Assembly (NCBI GenBank): GCA_013265495.1
Contig: MU061578.1
Location: forward strand, 2,055,308-2,119,307
DNA length: 64,000 bases
Reading direction: 5' to 3'
DNA from: Vicugna vicugna
Taxonomy: Eukaryota
Position numbers and translations under genes: made by a program. Positions 12,651-25,399 of this stretch are shown here, piece by piece. Within the stretch, counting starts at the first letter, position 1, and the number at the start of each line of letters is the position of its first letter. Below the pieces are notes generated by a model. The model was not told the origin of the DNA, did no database searches, and saw only the letters and a program-made list of their open reading frames with translations.

Positions 12651-13619
12651 CATACGTTTGTTCTCAGGGAGTTTGGACTTCTCAGAGCTTTTCTGACTCC
12701 AAAATAACTCCGTTAGCTTAGGTCAATGTGTCATCGTCTTGAAAGGCAAGGCTTTTTTTTTTTTTCCCTATTGAGCCAGCACCCTACCTGCTGTAATTCA
12801 GACTGACCAAATTCTCCAAATCGGAAATGAGAAACCTTCCCAGTGAAGAGGCTTATGTTCTTAAAGAGAGGTCATGAACCTCCTCTTTTTCCCTCCCCAG
12901 AGAAACTCCTGAAATTTCCCAACCCCTGCAAACGAGAACTATTTCCCTCCCCTTTGGGAACCTCTGTGTGTCAACCTCCATCCTCTTACCAGCTTTCGCA
13001 ATCAGCAAAGTAACCTGACCTGGACTCAGCTTTCTAAGGCCGCCCAAGGGAACGGTGTGTTTTTCACGATGCCGTGATGGCGAGCTATGCCATGGCCAGC
13101 CTTCCCTTCAGAAAGACCCGAGAAGGAGAGGCCCGAGCCCGGAGCATCTTGCAGACACTCACTCTGGAACACCAACAACGACCCCAGGATCAAGATGAGG
13201 GCTTGTCCCATGGGAAGCAGACCCGCGGCTGGTACCACCGCGATCTGGCCAGGGATACTGCTGCTGAATCAGCCTCTCGGTTCCCTGCTCTGTCACTTTT
13301 CATAACGAGTCTAATATACTAGTGTTTCTCTCTGCCAATCAATCAGAGCCCATGCATATGGCCGCTGTCAGCAGTCCTCCGCAGGCGGAACTCCACACAG
13401 GGACTCAGGTCTGTCAGCTCCCTCCGCTACACACTTGCAGCCATGCTGGGTTCTCCCCCTTCACTCTCAATTTATCATCTCGGTTACAGCCAAGAGGGAA
13501 ATGCAGGAACTCACATTCGGGGCCCAGTTTGCTGCCTTGAAGGACAGGGAACTTCTGACAGCAAAGCACAACAACAATAATGATACAATTATTATTAAAA
13601 GGTAACAATAATTGTCACC

Positions 13620-13843
13620 ATTATTATAGCCGGCACCACTAGTAAACGCACACTCTGTGCCAGGCACTTTGCTAAAAATAATTTTCAGCGCTGATTAGTG
13701 ATCAAACTGACCCTGCAACGAAGGAATTATTATTATCTCCAAACGGGGAGACTGAGGCTCAGAGAAGCTAAGTAAGAACAAGGGGCACAGGGTTGGCAGG
13801 GCAAAGAGCTAGGATTTGAAGCTGGACCATCTGACTGAAATCC
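13620..13843 (-). mobile_element. MIR
   Basis: tgtgccaggcactttgctaa...gagactgaggctcagagaagctaagtaa...ggatttgaa. Confidence 0.8.
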
Positions 13844-13989
13844 TAACCGTAGCTTGACATTACCTCCTACCTCCCAAATGTCTTAGGATGGTTCCTCCGG
13901 GTGCCCTCAATACCCAACATGCCCACCCAGAGCAGAGAACAAGAGATAAGCCCAGGACTCTGCAAGCAACTGCTTGAGTCTTCAGCTTA

Positions 13990-14120
13990 GAACTCGGGCC
14001 TCCATAGTCCCATCTGTAAAATGGGGATAATAAAGTTTGCGATAAAGAGTTAATGCAATGATGTGTGCAAAGCACTCTTCCCTGTGCCCTGGCCCAGAAG
14101 GTGCTTCCAGCAAATGGAAG
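13990..14120 (+). mobile_element. MIR
   Basis: catctgtaaaatggggataataa...gtgtgcaaagcact. Confidence 0.75.
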
Positions 14121-14789
14121 CTCCTGGGGAACAGAAGCTGATACGAAGAAGACAATTTCAAAAACCTAAACCCAACCCTCACTGCCGACTCGCTCTAGTC
14201 CTAAAGTTCACAGAAAAGAACCATCTTGAGTAGAAGACTGACCTCGCCAGGAGCAAGGTGACCGCACAAGTTGACCTGTTTTGCTAGTTAAGGTCTAATT
14301 TTGTTCTCAGAGAACACAAAAGAGGAGCAGATTCAGATGGCGATGCTTCAGTGGAGTGGGTCATGGTGGGCCAACCGCCCCCTGAGTGGTCATCAGAGCG
14401 ATGTTAGCCTGGAGAGGATGATACCCCAACACTGCCCGCAGCCAACAGGTGGCCTTGGCACTCCCTGCGAAGTCACACTGAGCGCGCGAGCCCAGAGACA
14501 GGGGCCAGAGGTGCTCTACGCAGCCCCAGGCCTTAGGGCTCCGAGAAGAGGAGGAGTCAGATGACGCCAGTGCAGACCCCAGCATGGCCCACTCACATAC
14601 GACGACAAGGAAGTGTCGTGACATTTCTACTGAAACAAATGCTCTGTTTTCCTTTCGTGCCTCGGAGAGGCTGAGCATCACTGCTCAGAGCTTCTAAAGC
14701 TAAGCACCAAGGGCCCCCTAACCACTGCAAGGCACTGCCTCCTCCCTCCCTAGCATCTCACAAAGGCAGCAAAAGAGGAAAAGAGGAAG

Positions 14790-14970
14790 TGTGCGCAGAG
14801 CGGTCAGGATCACAGGCTACCGCCTGAGACCAGCAGGTTCCAGACCCTGCGTGTGCCACCTACCGCCTGTGGCGCCCTGAGACAAACCACCTCATGCCTC
14901 CTTGCACCTCAGTGTCCATCTACAAAACAGGGACAGGAAAAGACTCCATCTCAAAGTGCACTAGGAGGGG
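14790..14970 (+). mobile_element. MIR
   Basis: caggttccagaccctgcgtgtgccacctacc...cacctcagtgtccatctacaaaacaggga. Confidence 0.65.
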
Positions 14971-16169
14971 CCCGTGGAATCACTCATTATCTCTTTATCT
15001 AGCATCTACTCCGGGCCAAGTACCCTGCTAGAGGCCAAGGACGCCGTGATGTCCGAACCAGGTGTGTGCACGGCCACCTGACTTCACCACCGGGTGGAGT
15101 GAGAGAAAGATTAAAACAGAATCACTCAAATAAATCCAAAGCTGCTCCTGGGATGGCTGTGAGGAAGGGGAATCCACACGGGAAAGACGGAGGGTCTCCC
15201 TAGCCAAGGGCCCTCCGACTTGTAACCTGAGGGATGAGCAGGGAGTGAGCAGGGTGAGCCATGGGGCTGGGGGCAGGGGAAGACCATTCCAGGCCAGGAA
15301 GACACAGCCACACACAGCCACGCAGACAGCGCTCAGCACAGCTTGTGTTGTCCAGGAAGTGGTCAAAATACAAAAACTTACTATTAACATCGTAGCTCAT
15401 CTAATAGGCACTGACAGAGTTCCAGGGCTGTGGAGAGATAAAGAGAGATGGGTCTGGGGGGTCAGATGTGGGGAGAAAGTTGAACAGTCTAGATGTCCAA
15501 ACACTCCTTCAAACCTTATTACCACCGTCCAAGGCCAGGAGAGCCTGCAAAGATGGACAATTGCCAGGGGCGCTCAGAGCTCTTGGGAAGCAACTGACTT
15601 CTGCCTGTCAATCTGCATCATCACACCCACTCGTGGGAGAAAAATACAGCCACATTCTGAAAAGGAAGCTTCTAGAATAGATGATCAAAAACAGGGATCT
15701 GTATGCAGGAGAGATGTTAGCCAAGCCAGTGGGAATAGTGTGTGTGTGTGATGGGGCTCGAGGGAGGGGGAGCATGTTGCCTCTTTGAAGGGATGGTTAG
15801 GGAAAGAACTAAATAGATAATGTATACAGATACCTGCTAGCGTTCAGCCACACACAATGAGGACTACTGAGAAACCTGGAGTTCCTTTTCCCTATAAACT
15901 AATCTCCTGTCTTGGATGAAGGATTTGGTTCTAAGTTCCCAAAGGAGAGAGGTAAAAAAAGTTGAATTTCTTAGATGCTATAGTGCTTAGCCTTCCAGAT
16001 GCCAGAAAGTCCACAGACCAAATCTGATTATGGAGATTGATTGAAACTTAGAGACAAACTCTGGCTGGCCAGGAAGGCATGCTTGTTTATTTACTCTTCT
16101 TAGAAAAATCTGACGGTGTGTCCCACAATGTGTAAGCCATAAATATATCATGGCTGGTATCTGCATAAA

Positions 16170-16425
16170 ATGTTCCAAAGGCTTCATTGGAAGAACAGCC
16201 AGACTCCTTATCAGGCCTCAGGGGCCTATAGGACCCAACTTCATCCCTATAATGTTATCGTTTCAACCTCAGGGCCTTTGCACTTGCTGTTCCCTCTCTC
16301 TGAAATGCTCTACAGGTAGAAAAACACTCTAGAAGGGATGTTCCATCTGATCACTGTGTATTTTAAGTGCTTTGAATAGTGCATGGCACACAGTAGGTGC
16401 TCAGGAAACACTGGATGAATGTATC
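16170..16425 (+). mobile_element. L2 fragments
   Basis: ctcagggcctttgcacttgctgttccctct...atggcacacagtaggtgctcaggaaa...gatgaatg. Confidence 0.75.
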
Positions 16426-18184
16426 CCTTGATACACCTCAAAACGCTTCTTTTCACTTAGATCTCAGCTCAAATCTCTCCCCCTCCAAAAGCCCTTCCAC
16501 ATCACTCTTTATCATATTGTCACACTATCATTTCTGTAACCCTTGTCATTATCCTCATAAAAATGTAATACCATCCCTTGCTTATTGTCTGGCTTCCCCC
16601 ACCACCAAAGAAGCTTGCCCCGAGGGGGCAATGTTCTCACAGGCCTTGTTCCCCAAGCGGAACATCTGATGTGTGGCATGTTTTGGATAAACATTTCTTG
16701 CATTAGTCACTCCTCCCCCAATAGAGACACCCCCATCCACAGTAATAGGCAACAGTTACCCACATCTCTTATGACCGGTAACCAATGACAAACCACTAGT
16801 AATGATGGTGTTCAGAGCAACCACAGCTATGGGGATGGCTGTCTCTCCTTATAACTCCATGTGTCATTTTCCTAAGAACCCTCAGACCAAACAACCTGGT
16901 CTAACCAGGTTCTCTGGGGAAGTCATCTGAAAGAGCCTGGTGCCCCTCGTTTTGAAGCTCCCTCGCCGATTATTCTTTAATTAAAGTTTTAATATTTATA
17001 CTTGTGCCTCGAGGCAGGATTTTAAATAATGGAGGCAGGCATCATCGGGGAGCACCTCAAAACTTCTTTAAAAACATCATTTCCATGTCTGAGGTCTTTG
17101 GCCCAAAAAAGTTTTACCTCGGGCAATGTGGGGGAAAGAGAATGTGTCACATGATGATTTGGGCAAAGTCACCTGGTGTTAATCTGTGGAGCAGGCTTCC
17201 TGCGTGGCTCCCGTGCCGGGTGGGTGGCAGAAGGGAGATGAACTTGTCCTTCAGAGCAAATGCATTTGGATTTCAATAGTCTTCACACCCGCCGCTGGGA
17301 AACCGCTGCGTCCCCAAAGTATTTTCTGTGTCAGATACCATTTCCCTCTTGGAATGTGTTCATTACTCTACACATCAGCTTAAAGGATGCAAATAAAACG
17401 GTCTAATTTTTGGAAAGGTGAGATGTCAGACATATTTTTACAGGGCAGACCCAATTTCCTGGAGGAAAAAAAAAACCTTATCTGAAAGGAATTTTATAAA
17501 ATGTAATGGTTTGGTATGGCTTGAACTGAAAATGCTAAATTTGTTTTAAAAAAAGTCATCAGAGACGTGAGGATGTCGAAGAGGCCTGTGCTCAGACATT
17601 AGAGGAGGAGGTAAAAAAATAGCATCAATTATCATGAAGAGAAAATAGGGCAGAGTGGGTCAATTCCAGGAGAAGGAATCTGCCCAGACCCACGTTTTGG
17701 CTCGTTTCTGAGTGGAAAACTCTGAGATCACGGGGTGACTTTAAAGACAGCATGTTCCTAGGAAAATTTGGGGTTTACTAAGATGGTACTTCCATCCCAG
17801 GAAGCTGAGGGGAAGCAAGCCTTTCTGCTGATTGAAGGGAAAAAAAAACGCACAACAGCTGTAAAAACTTAATTTCAGGGTACAGGTGCCTGTTGAGCTG
17901 TTGTCAAATGCCACCAACCTACATTCCAGCCAGTGGGCGGCATGTCGCTGATCCTCCTTAGGACATGTGCAGAGTGGAAGAGGGCAGGTCAGGGTTGGAG
18001 GGACTGAGGTTTCTGTTGAGAAAACTCCATTTACGATTAACCTCCCTTTCTGTTTCCATTTGATTTGTTGTTTAAAACGAAGTGCGTGCATGTAGGGGAA
18101 GCTGCCTGGCTTTTCTATCCCACCAGGTGTCATAAGACTCAAAATAGAGAGTAATAATCTAGTTGATAAAAGAAAATAAAGAAA

Positions 18185-18380
18185 ACTAACATCACCCAGG
18201 CACTTGCCAAGTGCCAGAGCCTGCTCTGCACTCACTGCTTTGTTTAATTCTCCCCCAAAACCCTCTGAGGCCAATAGTACCACGGAAACTTTCATCTGGC
18301 AGGTGGACAAACTGAGGCACAGAGAGGTGAAGTAATTTGCCCAAAGTTATACAGCGAACAGGTGGCAGAGCCAGGGGCCC
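18185..18380 (-). mobile_element. MIR
   Basis: aaactgaggcacagagaggtgaagtaatttgcccaaagttatacagc...ggcagagccagg. Confidence 0.85.
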
Positions 18381-20172
18381 TGTACGCTTCTTAGCCTTAT
18401 CTCTGGACACTAATGGTACTGTCAAAAATTGTCAAGGATGATGCCAGTTTCTTCCTAACCCAATTCAGCCATGAATTAACTGAGAAAAAAACACAGTGGA
18501 TTCCCCCAGACCCCAGTGCTTCCCAGATGAGCTCAGAAAGCATGGAGGTCTGTAGGCAGCCCCACTGTTAGCCCTCGAAACGCCTGCCGGAGCCCACTTT
18601 ACCTTTCATGGGCCCAGGTCCTTGCCTCTAAAGAAAAAGACCTTGGCCAAAAATAAATTCACCCGTGGCTCCAGCCAAGCCCTCTGTGGTCACTTAAAAA
18701 TTGAAAGGATCCAGGCCCTCTCATCTCTCTCTTTCTCTCTCTCTCTTTTCCTTTGAAACAAAGATAAATGGGAAATGGAGGGTGGATGAACTAGGACAGG
18801 GGGCAGGGAGGGATCACCGGCCGGGCGTGTCCTAAACCTGTACTGAAAAGGCCAGGCCTCTTGGCGCATTGGATTTAAAAATAATAATAAACATATGTAA
18901 TCATTATTATTTTAAAAGAAAACCCCAGTTATAGTGTATCATGTTGCAGCTCAGACAAAGCTATTCCATGATACCTCCCCCACTTCTTTCCAAGTTCAAC
19001 TGAGAAGACCCGCGGTGGGGTACCAGCTCCCTGCACCGCCAGACTCGGATTTCGAAACACTTGAGCAGCCCCGCCCCAAATGCTCCGAGGTAGGTAGGTG
19101 CACCCAGGCCCTTGGCGGCGCAGGAGCAAGGGGCACCCCCATCCCCCGGCGGCGGGGAATGGAGTTGGCGGCTCCTGGGCCAGGCGGGTCGGGGTCTTCC
19201 CCTCCCTTTCCGCGTGGGCGGCTTCCGGGCTGGCCGGGACCATAGGAACTGACGCCTCAAAGGCTCCAGGTGCATCCCAATCAGGTGGCTCCCGGGGCAG
19301 CAGGGATACGGCAGCAGAGACCAGCTAATCCCTCCCTCGCCTCTATAGTTAGGAAATTGGTGCCGACAAGGGACGACCCCTGGCCTGCTCTAGAACTGCT
19401 ACCGCCTGGCTTTCCTCCCAGGATGAAGGTGCCCTAAGGCACCAAAGAAACCCAGAGGCGCAGCAGGAGTTTCCAAGTCCTGAGTTCCTAGGCTGCCCCT
19501 TTCTCCTCCCGGGGTCGAATGCAGTGGCATTTTAGGCGTCCCTCCCGGTGCCCATCATCACATACACGGTCTCTCCAGCTCAGCGACCCTCCTCCTCCCC
19601 GCCTCCCACAAAGCGTCCGGTGCTTCTAAACCCCCTCCCAGGCCACGAGGTGCCGCCTCCCTCAGACCTAGTGAAGGGCGATGGAGAGGCAGCGACCCGG
19701 GGCGCACTAAGTGCACGCTTCCAACCGGCCAGGAAACCTAACCAAAGTGCGCACGCAGGTTCCCGCTGCTCCCTGTCCCTGGGACTTGCTCCCAGGAGGA
19801 CAGACGAGGCAGCCTGGGCGTTCCTGGGGGCGCCTGAGGCCAGGAAGGGCGTGCTTCTGGAAGGATGAGCGGTGTGAGGGTGCTCCTGATCTCAGCTGCC
19901 CCCTCCCCGAGAGGACGTGCAGGGAGATTTCTCCACGACACCAAAAAAGTTCCCAGTCCAGCGCACCCAGCCTGGCGCTGAGAGGAAGCCCGCTCTCGAG
20001 GACCCAGAGAGTCCCCTCTGTGGGTTCCTTTGGCCAGGTCAGGGAGGGCACAAGGGTGGTGACTCTGCCTGGACTTACCTAGAACTCGCGGCGCGCCCGG
20101 CTCCGGTCGCCTTCCGCTTGGCCCCAGACCCTCCAAATCCCCTGCGCTCTCTGCACCCCCAGCCACACTCAC

Positions 20173-20965
20173 CATGAGCTGGAGGCGGCGAAAGGGGGTG
20201 CTGGCTTCTCCCACGCTGTCCGCAACTTTGCTGGCAGGTCAGCCCCGCCCTGGCGCCCCTGCCTGGGCGGCGGGCTGGGCGCTGCTGGGCGCGGCGCGGG
20301 TCAGGACCGCTGGGCCCCGCCGGCCACGGCCAGGGGGGTCTGGAGCGCAAGGTTTCTCAGTCCCGGGGCGCGCGGTCCGCTCCTCCGCGCTCTGCCTGGT
20401 GGGAGGCTCGGAGTTCTCTGGCTCCGGACGCAGGGGCGGGGCGCAGGGCTGTCCCCTCCAGATGCGGGGTGCCTAGCTCGCTCCTTCCTCCTCCCGCCCG
20501 GGAGGCGCACGCGTGGGTCCGGCCGCGGTGGACGCCTCCGCCGCTCGCGGGCTGGCAGAGCGCCCCCGCCCCACCGCGGGCGCAGCCGGGGGCCGGGGCG
20601 CAGCGGGAGGGATTCCCCTCCGCGAGGCCGGGTTTCCCCACCCTGCGCGGACCCCGGGCTCCGTCCGCTGCCGCCGCGGCTGCGAGAACCACTTCAGGGC
20701 AGCGCAGCCTGTGCCGCCGGCTCCAGCTGGAGGAGGCGGTGGCGGCGCGGCTCGCACCGGGAGTGGAAAGGAGGTGACCTTCAAACCCCGCGCTCGGGGA
20801 GACCGGGAGGAGGGTTGGGGTGACAGAGGGGAGCGGTGTGCGCCCGGTGGGCCCGCGAGAGCGTCGGCAGGCAGGCGGGAGAGAGTGAAGAAGAGATCCT
20901 CAAACAAAAATATGGATTAGAAAATAAACAAAGGAGGGCGAGAGAGCGAGCGAGAAAATGTGTGC

Positions 20966-21000
<35 letters not shown>
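20173..21000 (-). other. RBFOX1: First (5'UTR) exon of RBFOX1/A2BP1; 5' end approximate
   Basis: The minus strand reads (CA)n-ACATTTTCTCG...CCTTTGTTTATTTTCTAATC...GAGCGCGGGGTTTGAAGGTCACCTCCTTTCC...GGGCGGGGCTGACCTGCC...CCAGCACCCCCTT...CAGCTCATG|GTGAGT. This matches my recollection of the human RBFOX1 5'UTR. A consensus donor GTGAGT lies at 20172-20167 inside a CpG island. Gene identity is from memory, not a search. Confidence 0.75.
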
Positions 21001-21004
<4 letters not shown>

Positions 21005-21022
21005 TGTGTGTGAGCGCGCGCG
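20959..21022. repeat. (TG)n microsatellite with adjacent (GC)n at the presumed TSS
   Basis: Pure (TG)17 at 20969-21002, then AGTGTGTGTGAGCGCGCGCG. Confidence 0.95.
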
Positions 21023-21629
21023 ACAGGCGGCGAGCAGCCCCGGCTGCGGAGCCAAAAATAATCCCGAGCTCGAGGGAGCGCCCCCTCCCCCTCTCCCTGC
21101 CAGCGCCGCCGCCGTGGTCACGCGTGCAGCCCCGGATTCCAGCGGGTGGTGGCGGACACGCGACCTAGTGCCTCGGTCTCCTGCGGTGACGGGGTGAGAT
21201 TTGGAAGTGAGGGTAATGAGCCCAGGTCCTTGGCATCCCCAAGTCCTTGTCCCAAGTGGGCTCACGCATTGAGCGCAGCGCCCCCCACCATCCCCTCTCC
21301 CCAATGAAAGTAGATGAATCCCCTAGAGAAATGCTACCTGGAGGAGGTTTCTTGCCCCAGTCCACTTCTGGTCTGGGAAATCTTGAGGCCAGGCAGAGAT
21401 GGAGCCCGGTCTGAGATGCAAAAAGTTATCCAGGCCCCACGGACACCGTGCAAGTAGGTGCGTACTGGCCTGGGCTGTGTGTCCCTGGCCTCTTACTGGG
21501 AGGCTGCCTAACCCTGCACGGGGCGCTGATGACTCTAGAGGGGTCTAGAGAGTGTCCTCTTAGCAGTTGCCTTAGAGGCAAAAGCCCTGTGACTCCTCAA
21601 TAAATCCTATCACTCTGGACTCACTTTTA

Positions 21630-21915
21630 CCAGCTGCTATTTGAAGTATTTACATTGAATTTTCTCAACAACTCAATGAAGTAGGTACTTGCTGGAGGTT
21701 TGTGCATTTCACAGATCAGAAAACAGAGGCTTCAAGAGGTTAAAGCAGCAATATTTCTTCTTTCTTGAGCCCCACCTTGGATTCAGAAACTCTGCTTTTA
21801 TTTCAAGATAAATATTTTAGGTGATAATGTTGCATGAGAAAGTTTGAAGTCTCGAGAGTTATAATTTGCTCAAGGTCACACAGCTGGCAAGGAACCAGGA
21901 TTCCTGGGCAACACT
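21630..21915 (-). mobile_element. Two tandem MIR fragments
   Basis: catttcacagatcagaaaacagaggctt; ttgctcaaggtcacacagctggcaagg. Confidence 0.65.
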
Positions 21916-23429
21916 TACTTCTGTAAGGTGTACCACTGCCCCACTGTTCCTTCTGGGGGGCAGAGGGGATTGAACAAGTCCAGGTTTTAAGCCTGATCAC
22001 TTGCTGTGAAGTCCATGTTCATCTTCCTGCCCCATCCTTTGATTGTTTTTGCGTTTGCCCTATGGCGCCTCTTCCAGGTAAGACTGTGAGATTCCCAAAA
22101 GTAGGGACCATGTTACAGGTATTGCTTTGTACCATGTGTATTTCCTAAGTGCCTACCAAGTAGCCGACTCATAGGAGTTCCTCTGCCATCCTGTCAGGCT
22201 AGGATTTCTTCCAATATTAGAATAAAATAAGGAAAGGGAACATCTACCTACAAGTGGATTTTTTTAAATGCAAAATTGTATCCTCATTTGAGACAGTAAC
22301 TTCACAAAGTCCAGAAAGACATCCCTCTCACTGGCCCCAGTAGGCGAATTTGCAATTTGGGTTCGTTTTACCAGATGCTTCCTGAGGACTCGCTTTGATA
22401 ATAATATATTTGTATGTAGACAACTTTTCTTTTTTTTTTATACTATACTAGTCTCTTATCCTTCAGTGAAAGCACAAGGAAGCCATAAATCTGGGTTAGT
22501 AACATCATAATCATTTCCCCCAGAAACTGTTTACAATGGGAAAACCACCGAATTTAAATGCAATTGTCTAGCCGTGCAGGGAGATGAGATGGGTTGTAAA
22601 AGAGGTATTCTCAATTTAAAAGCAAATTATCAATAATGAGAGAAGAAATAAATGGCAGTTAATGGGAAGTTCGGTTGAAATATAATGTTCTGTGCAAATT
22701 CACCAACAGGAATTGTTTCTCTGTGCTCCTTCATTTTTATTCCAGAAGGGGGAAAAAATGAATGCAGTCATTCAAGGCAGAAACACTGGCTGTTGTTTCA
22801 TTAAAAATAGGTAATCACTGGGTGCTTTTATTATTTTTAATATACATTTTTTCCTGTTGGAAATGAAATAAAACATATTCAACTATCTCAAAATCAAGGT
22901 CAGTCCGTATCGACTCTGACTTATTTATTTTGCAGTAGATACAGGCTTAGGTGTATTAGCAAGGAGTGTCAGGCATGACTCACTGTTGCTGTGTGGCTTT
23001 GTGGCTTAAGAAAGCTTAATATGAGTGGGGTAGACATTCATTACAATTTAAAACAAAATTAGAGTAAAGATCAATACAGAACGCTATTATGCTATTCATC
23101 TGGAAAGTATTAGTTTCTTTTTTAACCCTGACCTTTCGCATTCCAAGAAGAGCTTTTCTGTCATCCCTGCAGGTTGAGCCGGGCCACTTACAAGTCCTGA
23201 GAAGTGCTGAAGTAAACAGCTCCTAAGACCAGGGCCAAGGAGGGCCCAGCCCTCGTGGCCCAGACTATGGGGCTTTTGGCTCCTCCTACTGGACGTGAAC
23301 GATACTTCACAATTTAAAAACAGCAGATGTCAAAATGGTGTCTTCTATAAAACTGGCAGGAAAGAATGACATGTGGCCTCACACTTGACTGAGAGAACAT
23401 GAACCCTAGTCAGAATGCTCAAGATTCAT

Positions 23430-24540
23430 CTAAAGTGTAAATTGCATCATTTCACTTTCAAACTTCAGATCTTCTCACAGCTCCTCTTTGCCCCTCCTCC
23501 CCCAGATAAAGTCTGAAAGTCTTCTGCATGAGCTCCTGGATTTTCTGGCTCCCACTTTACATCCATCTTATGATCCAGAGATGATCTTCCCTTGCTTGTC
23601 TCCAGTCCTTTGCATGTGCTGTTTCTCCAAGCTGGCATACTCCCGCGGACTCTCCCCTCCTGGACAGCTTCTATCTTTTAGCTCTCCATCTGAACATCAC
23701 TTTTCTCCCTGCCAGCCCCCATCCCACACATGAGATACCACCAGTGTCTCTTTTTTGAACTCTCTGAGCACCTCTCCATGACTTTATCATATCATTTGTC
23801 TCTGCCTATTGTAAATGTTCTCTTCCATTAGACTGAAAGGCCCTTGATGTCAAAGACTTTTTCTCAATGCACGGGGCCAAACACATAACACGCTCAACAG
23901 ATGTTTGGTGACCCTTCCTTCTCCCTTGTGGCGACTGCTGTCTAAGCAGGTAAACCTCTATGAGATGGTTTGAGAGGCCAACCTGCTCATCCATTCAGGT
24001 AGTGCTGCCTTCTTTCAGCCATCAAGCCTGTGTCTTACCAGAGGCTAGTCTCTCACGTAAACCAATCCGTATATTAACTAGACACGGTCTCGGCGCTCAA
24101 GCAAAACTAATATTCTAATATGGTAAGTAGGCACAAACATAAGGGATCGCAAGGATTTTGAAAGATTTTGGCCGGTACTGAATGGGGAGCACACAACCAG
24201 ACATGAGTGTAAAGGGGACAGCCAGGCACTGCTTTCTAGAGGAGATCACGTCTAAACATAAAAAATAAGTAGGAATTACCCAAAGAGTTGGGTGGAGGAC
24301 AGTCCTGGAGAAGAACACAGCTTATGAGATGGTCTGAAGCCAAACGGACTATAGGTCTTTCAAGGAATAGCAAATCCGTTCAATATAAATAGAATCATGC
24401 TGAGTTCAAGGGTCTGGAAGGTGGGGTGGGGGGGAAGCAAGACAGTGAACAATGGGGCTGAAGGCATAAACTGGGAGAAAGTTCATCAAGGGCCCTGAGT
24501 TGAAAGACAAGGCATGCTTGCTTTACTCCAAGGCAGCTTT
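23430..24540. mobile_element. L2 fragments (+ strand ~23430-23910; - strand ~24050-24540)
   Basis: tcttccattagactgaaaggcccttga...acacataacacgctcaacagatgtttg; opposite-strand gctttctagaggagatcacgtctaaac. Confidence 0.55.
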
Positions 24541-25399
24541 TTGATAGGATGACTCTAAGGCTTGTCAAGACCTACTACCATCGCCATAATTCCAGCGTCC
24601 ATGGCCTGGGCACATCTGCCTTCACCGACGTTTCATGAATCATTTTCCCCTTATTATTTTATATTTGCTGAAGAACTTTTCCAGATGGTCAGTGTAAACA
24701 TCTAGTGAGTTCTGGAGATCGGTAGGTCACTCCAAGGTACTCTTGGACTTTTAGCGACGATCAGTGGTATATTAGACAGGATCGGAGAAGGGTGAAAAAA
24801 AAAAAAGCAAACTAAAACAAACTGAAGTAGCCAAGCATCCTTCGGTTTCTCTTCCCAGAGGATACCTTTCCATAACAGCTACTGAAGAGAGGATGTACAG
24901 CTCAAATTTACTTATGAATGATTCATATTCAATATAGTTCTTCACTCAATCCTAGTGTTGTGTAGGACCTGCCTTGCCCTCAAGTTCTCAGTCTTCAGGC
25001 TTACCTGAAAGCTTTATCACAGTCTGGGTCAACTAATGAACTAATTAAAACAGTCTGAGGACCACAGGGGAATGAATTGCACCTTATAGTCTCTATTCCC
25101 CCCTCAGTCATTGGGCAGATGGCAGATACTCAATATATACTTATTGATTGGTTGAACTAACTCACCATCTATCATGTAGTTCAGGGCCTTGATATTAACC
25201 AAGGCATTTGTACTGAGACTGAGCCATCCAGTGTCCAGGGTTGAATTCTTTTCTTCTGAAAAGATACAAACTTTCACACTCTGCTTTAAAGTATCTTAAA
25301 TAAATAGTAAACATGATGGTTTCTCCTCATCTCCTTGGGCTCATCCCTTGTCTTCCCCTGCCTACATTCCCCAAATAATGATGAAGATAGTGGTAAGAG

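Larger units (their letters stand above)
1..20172 (-). other. RBFOX1: Start of the intron following this first exon (continues beyond window start)
   Basis: Lies downstream of the GTGAGT donor on the minus strand. No recognisable coding exon, and repeat content is typical of a large intron. Confidence 0.65.
19000..21300. promoter_or_regulatory. CpG island promoter (core ~20080-21200)
   Basis: Very high GC and CpG density (runs such as CGCGGCGCGG, CCGCCGCGG) and several GC boxes, against a CpG-depleted background elsewhere. Confidence 0.92.

Noticed and set aside
17741..18310. Longest ORF in the track (189 aa, minus strand)
   Set aside because: Starts inside a MIR and has no recognisable domain.
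19548..21365. Many overlapping 60-160 aa ORFs on both strands
   Set aside because: Pro/Gly/Ala/Arg-rich ORFs are expected from stop-codon scarcity in a CpG island; no recognisable domain.
21429..21450. Canonical REST site (CCACGGACAC)
   Set aside because: The left half matches TCAGCACC poorly.
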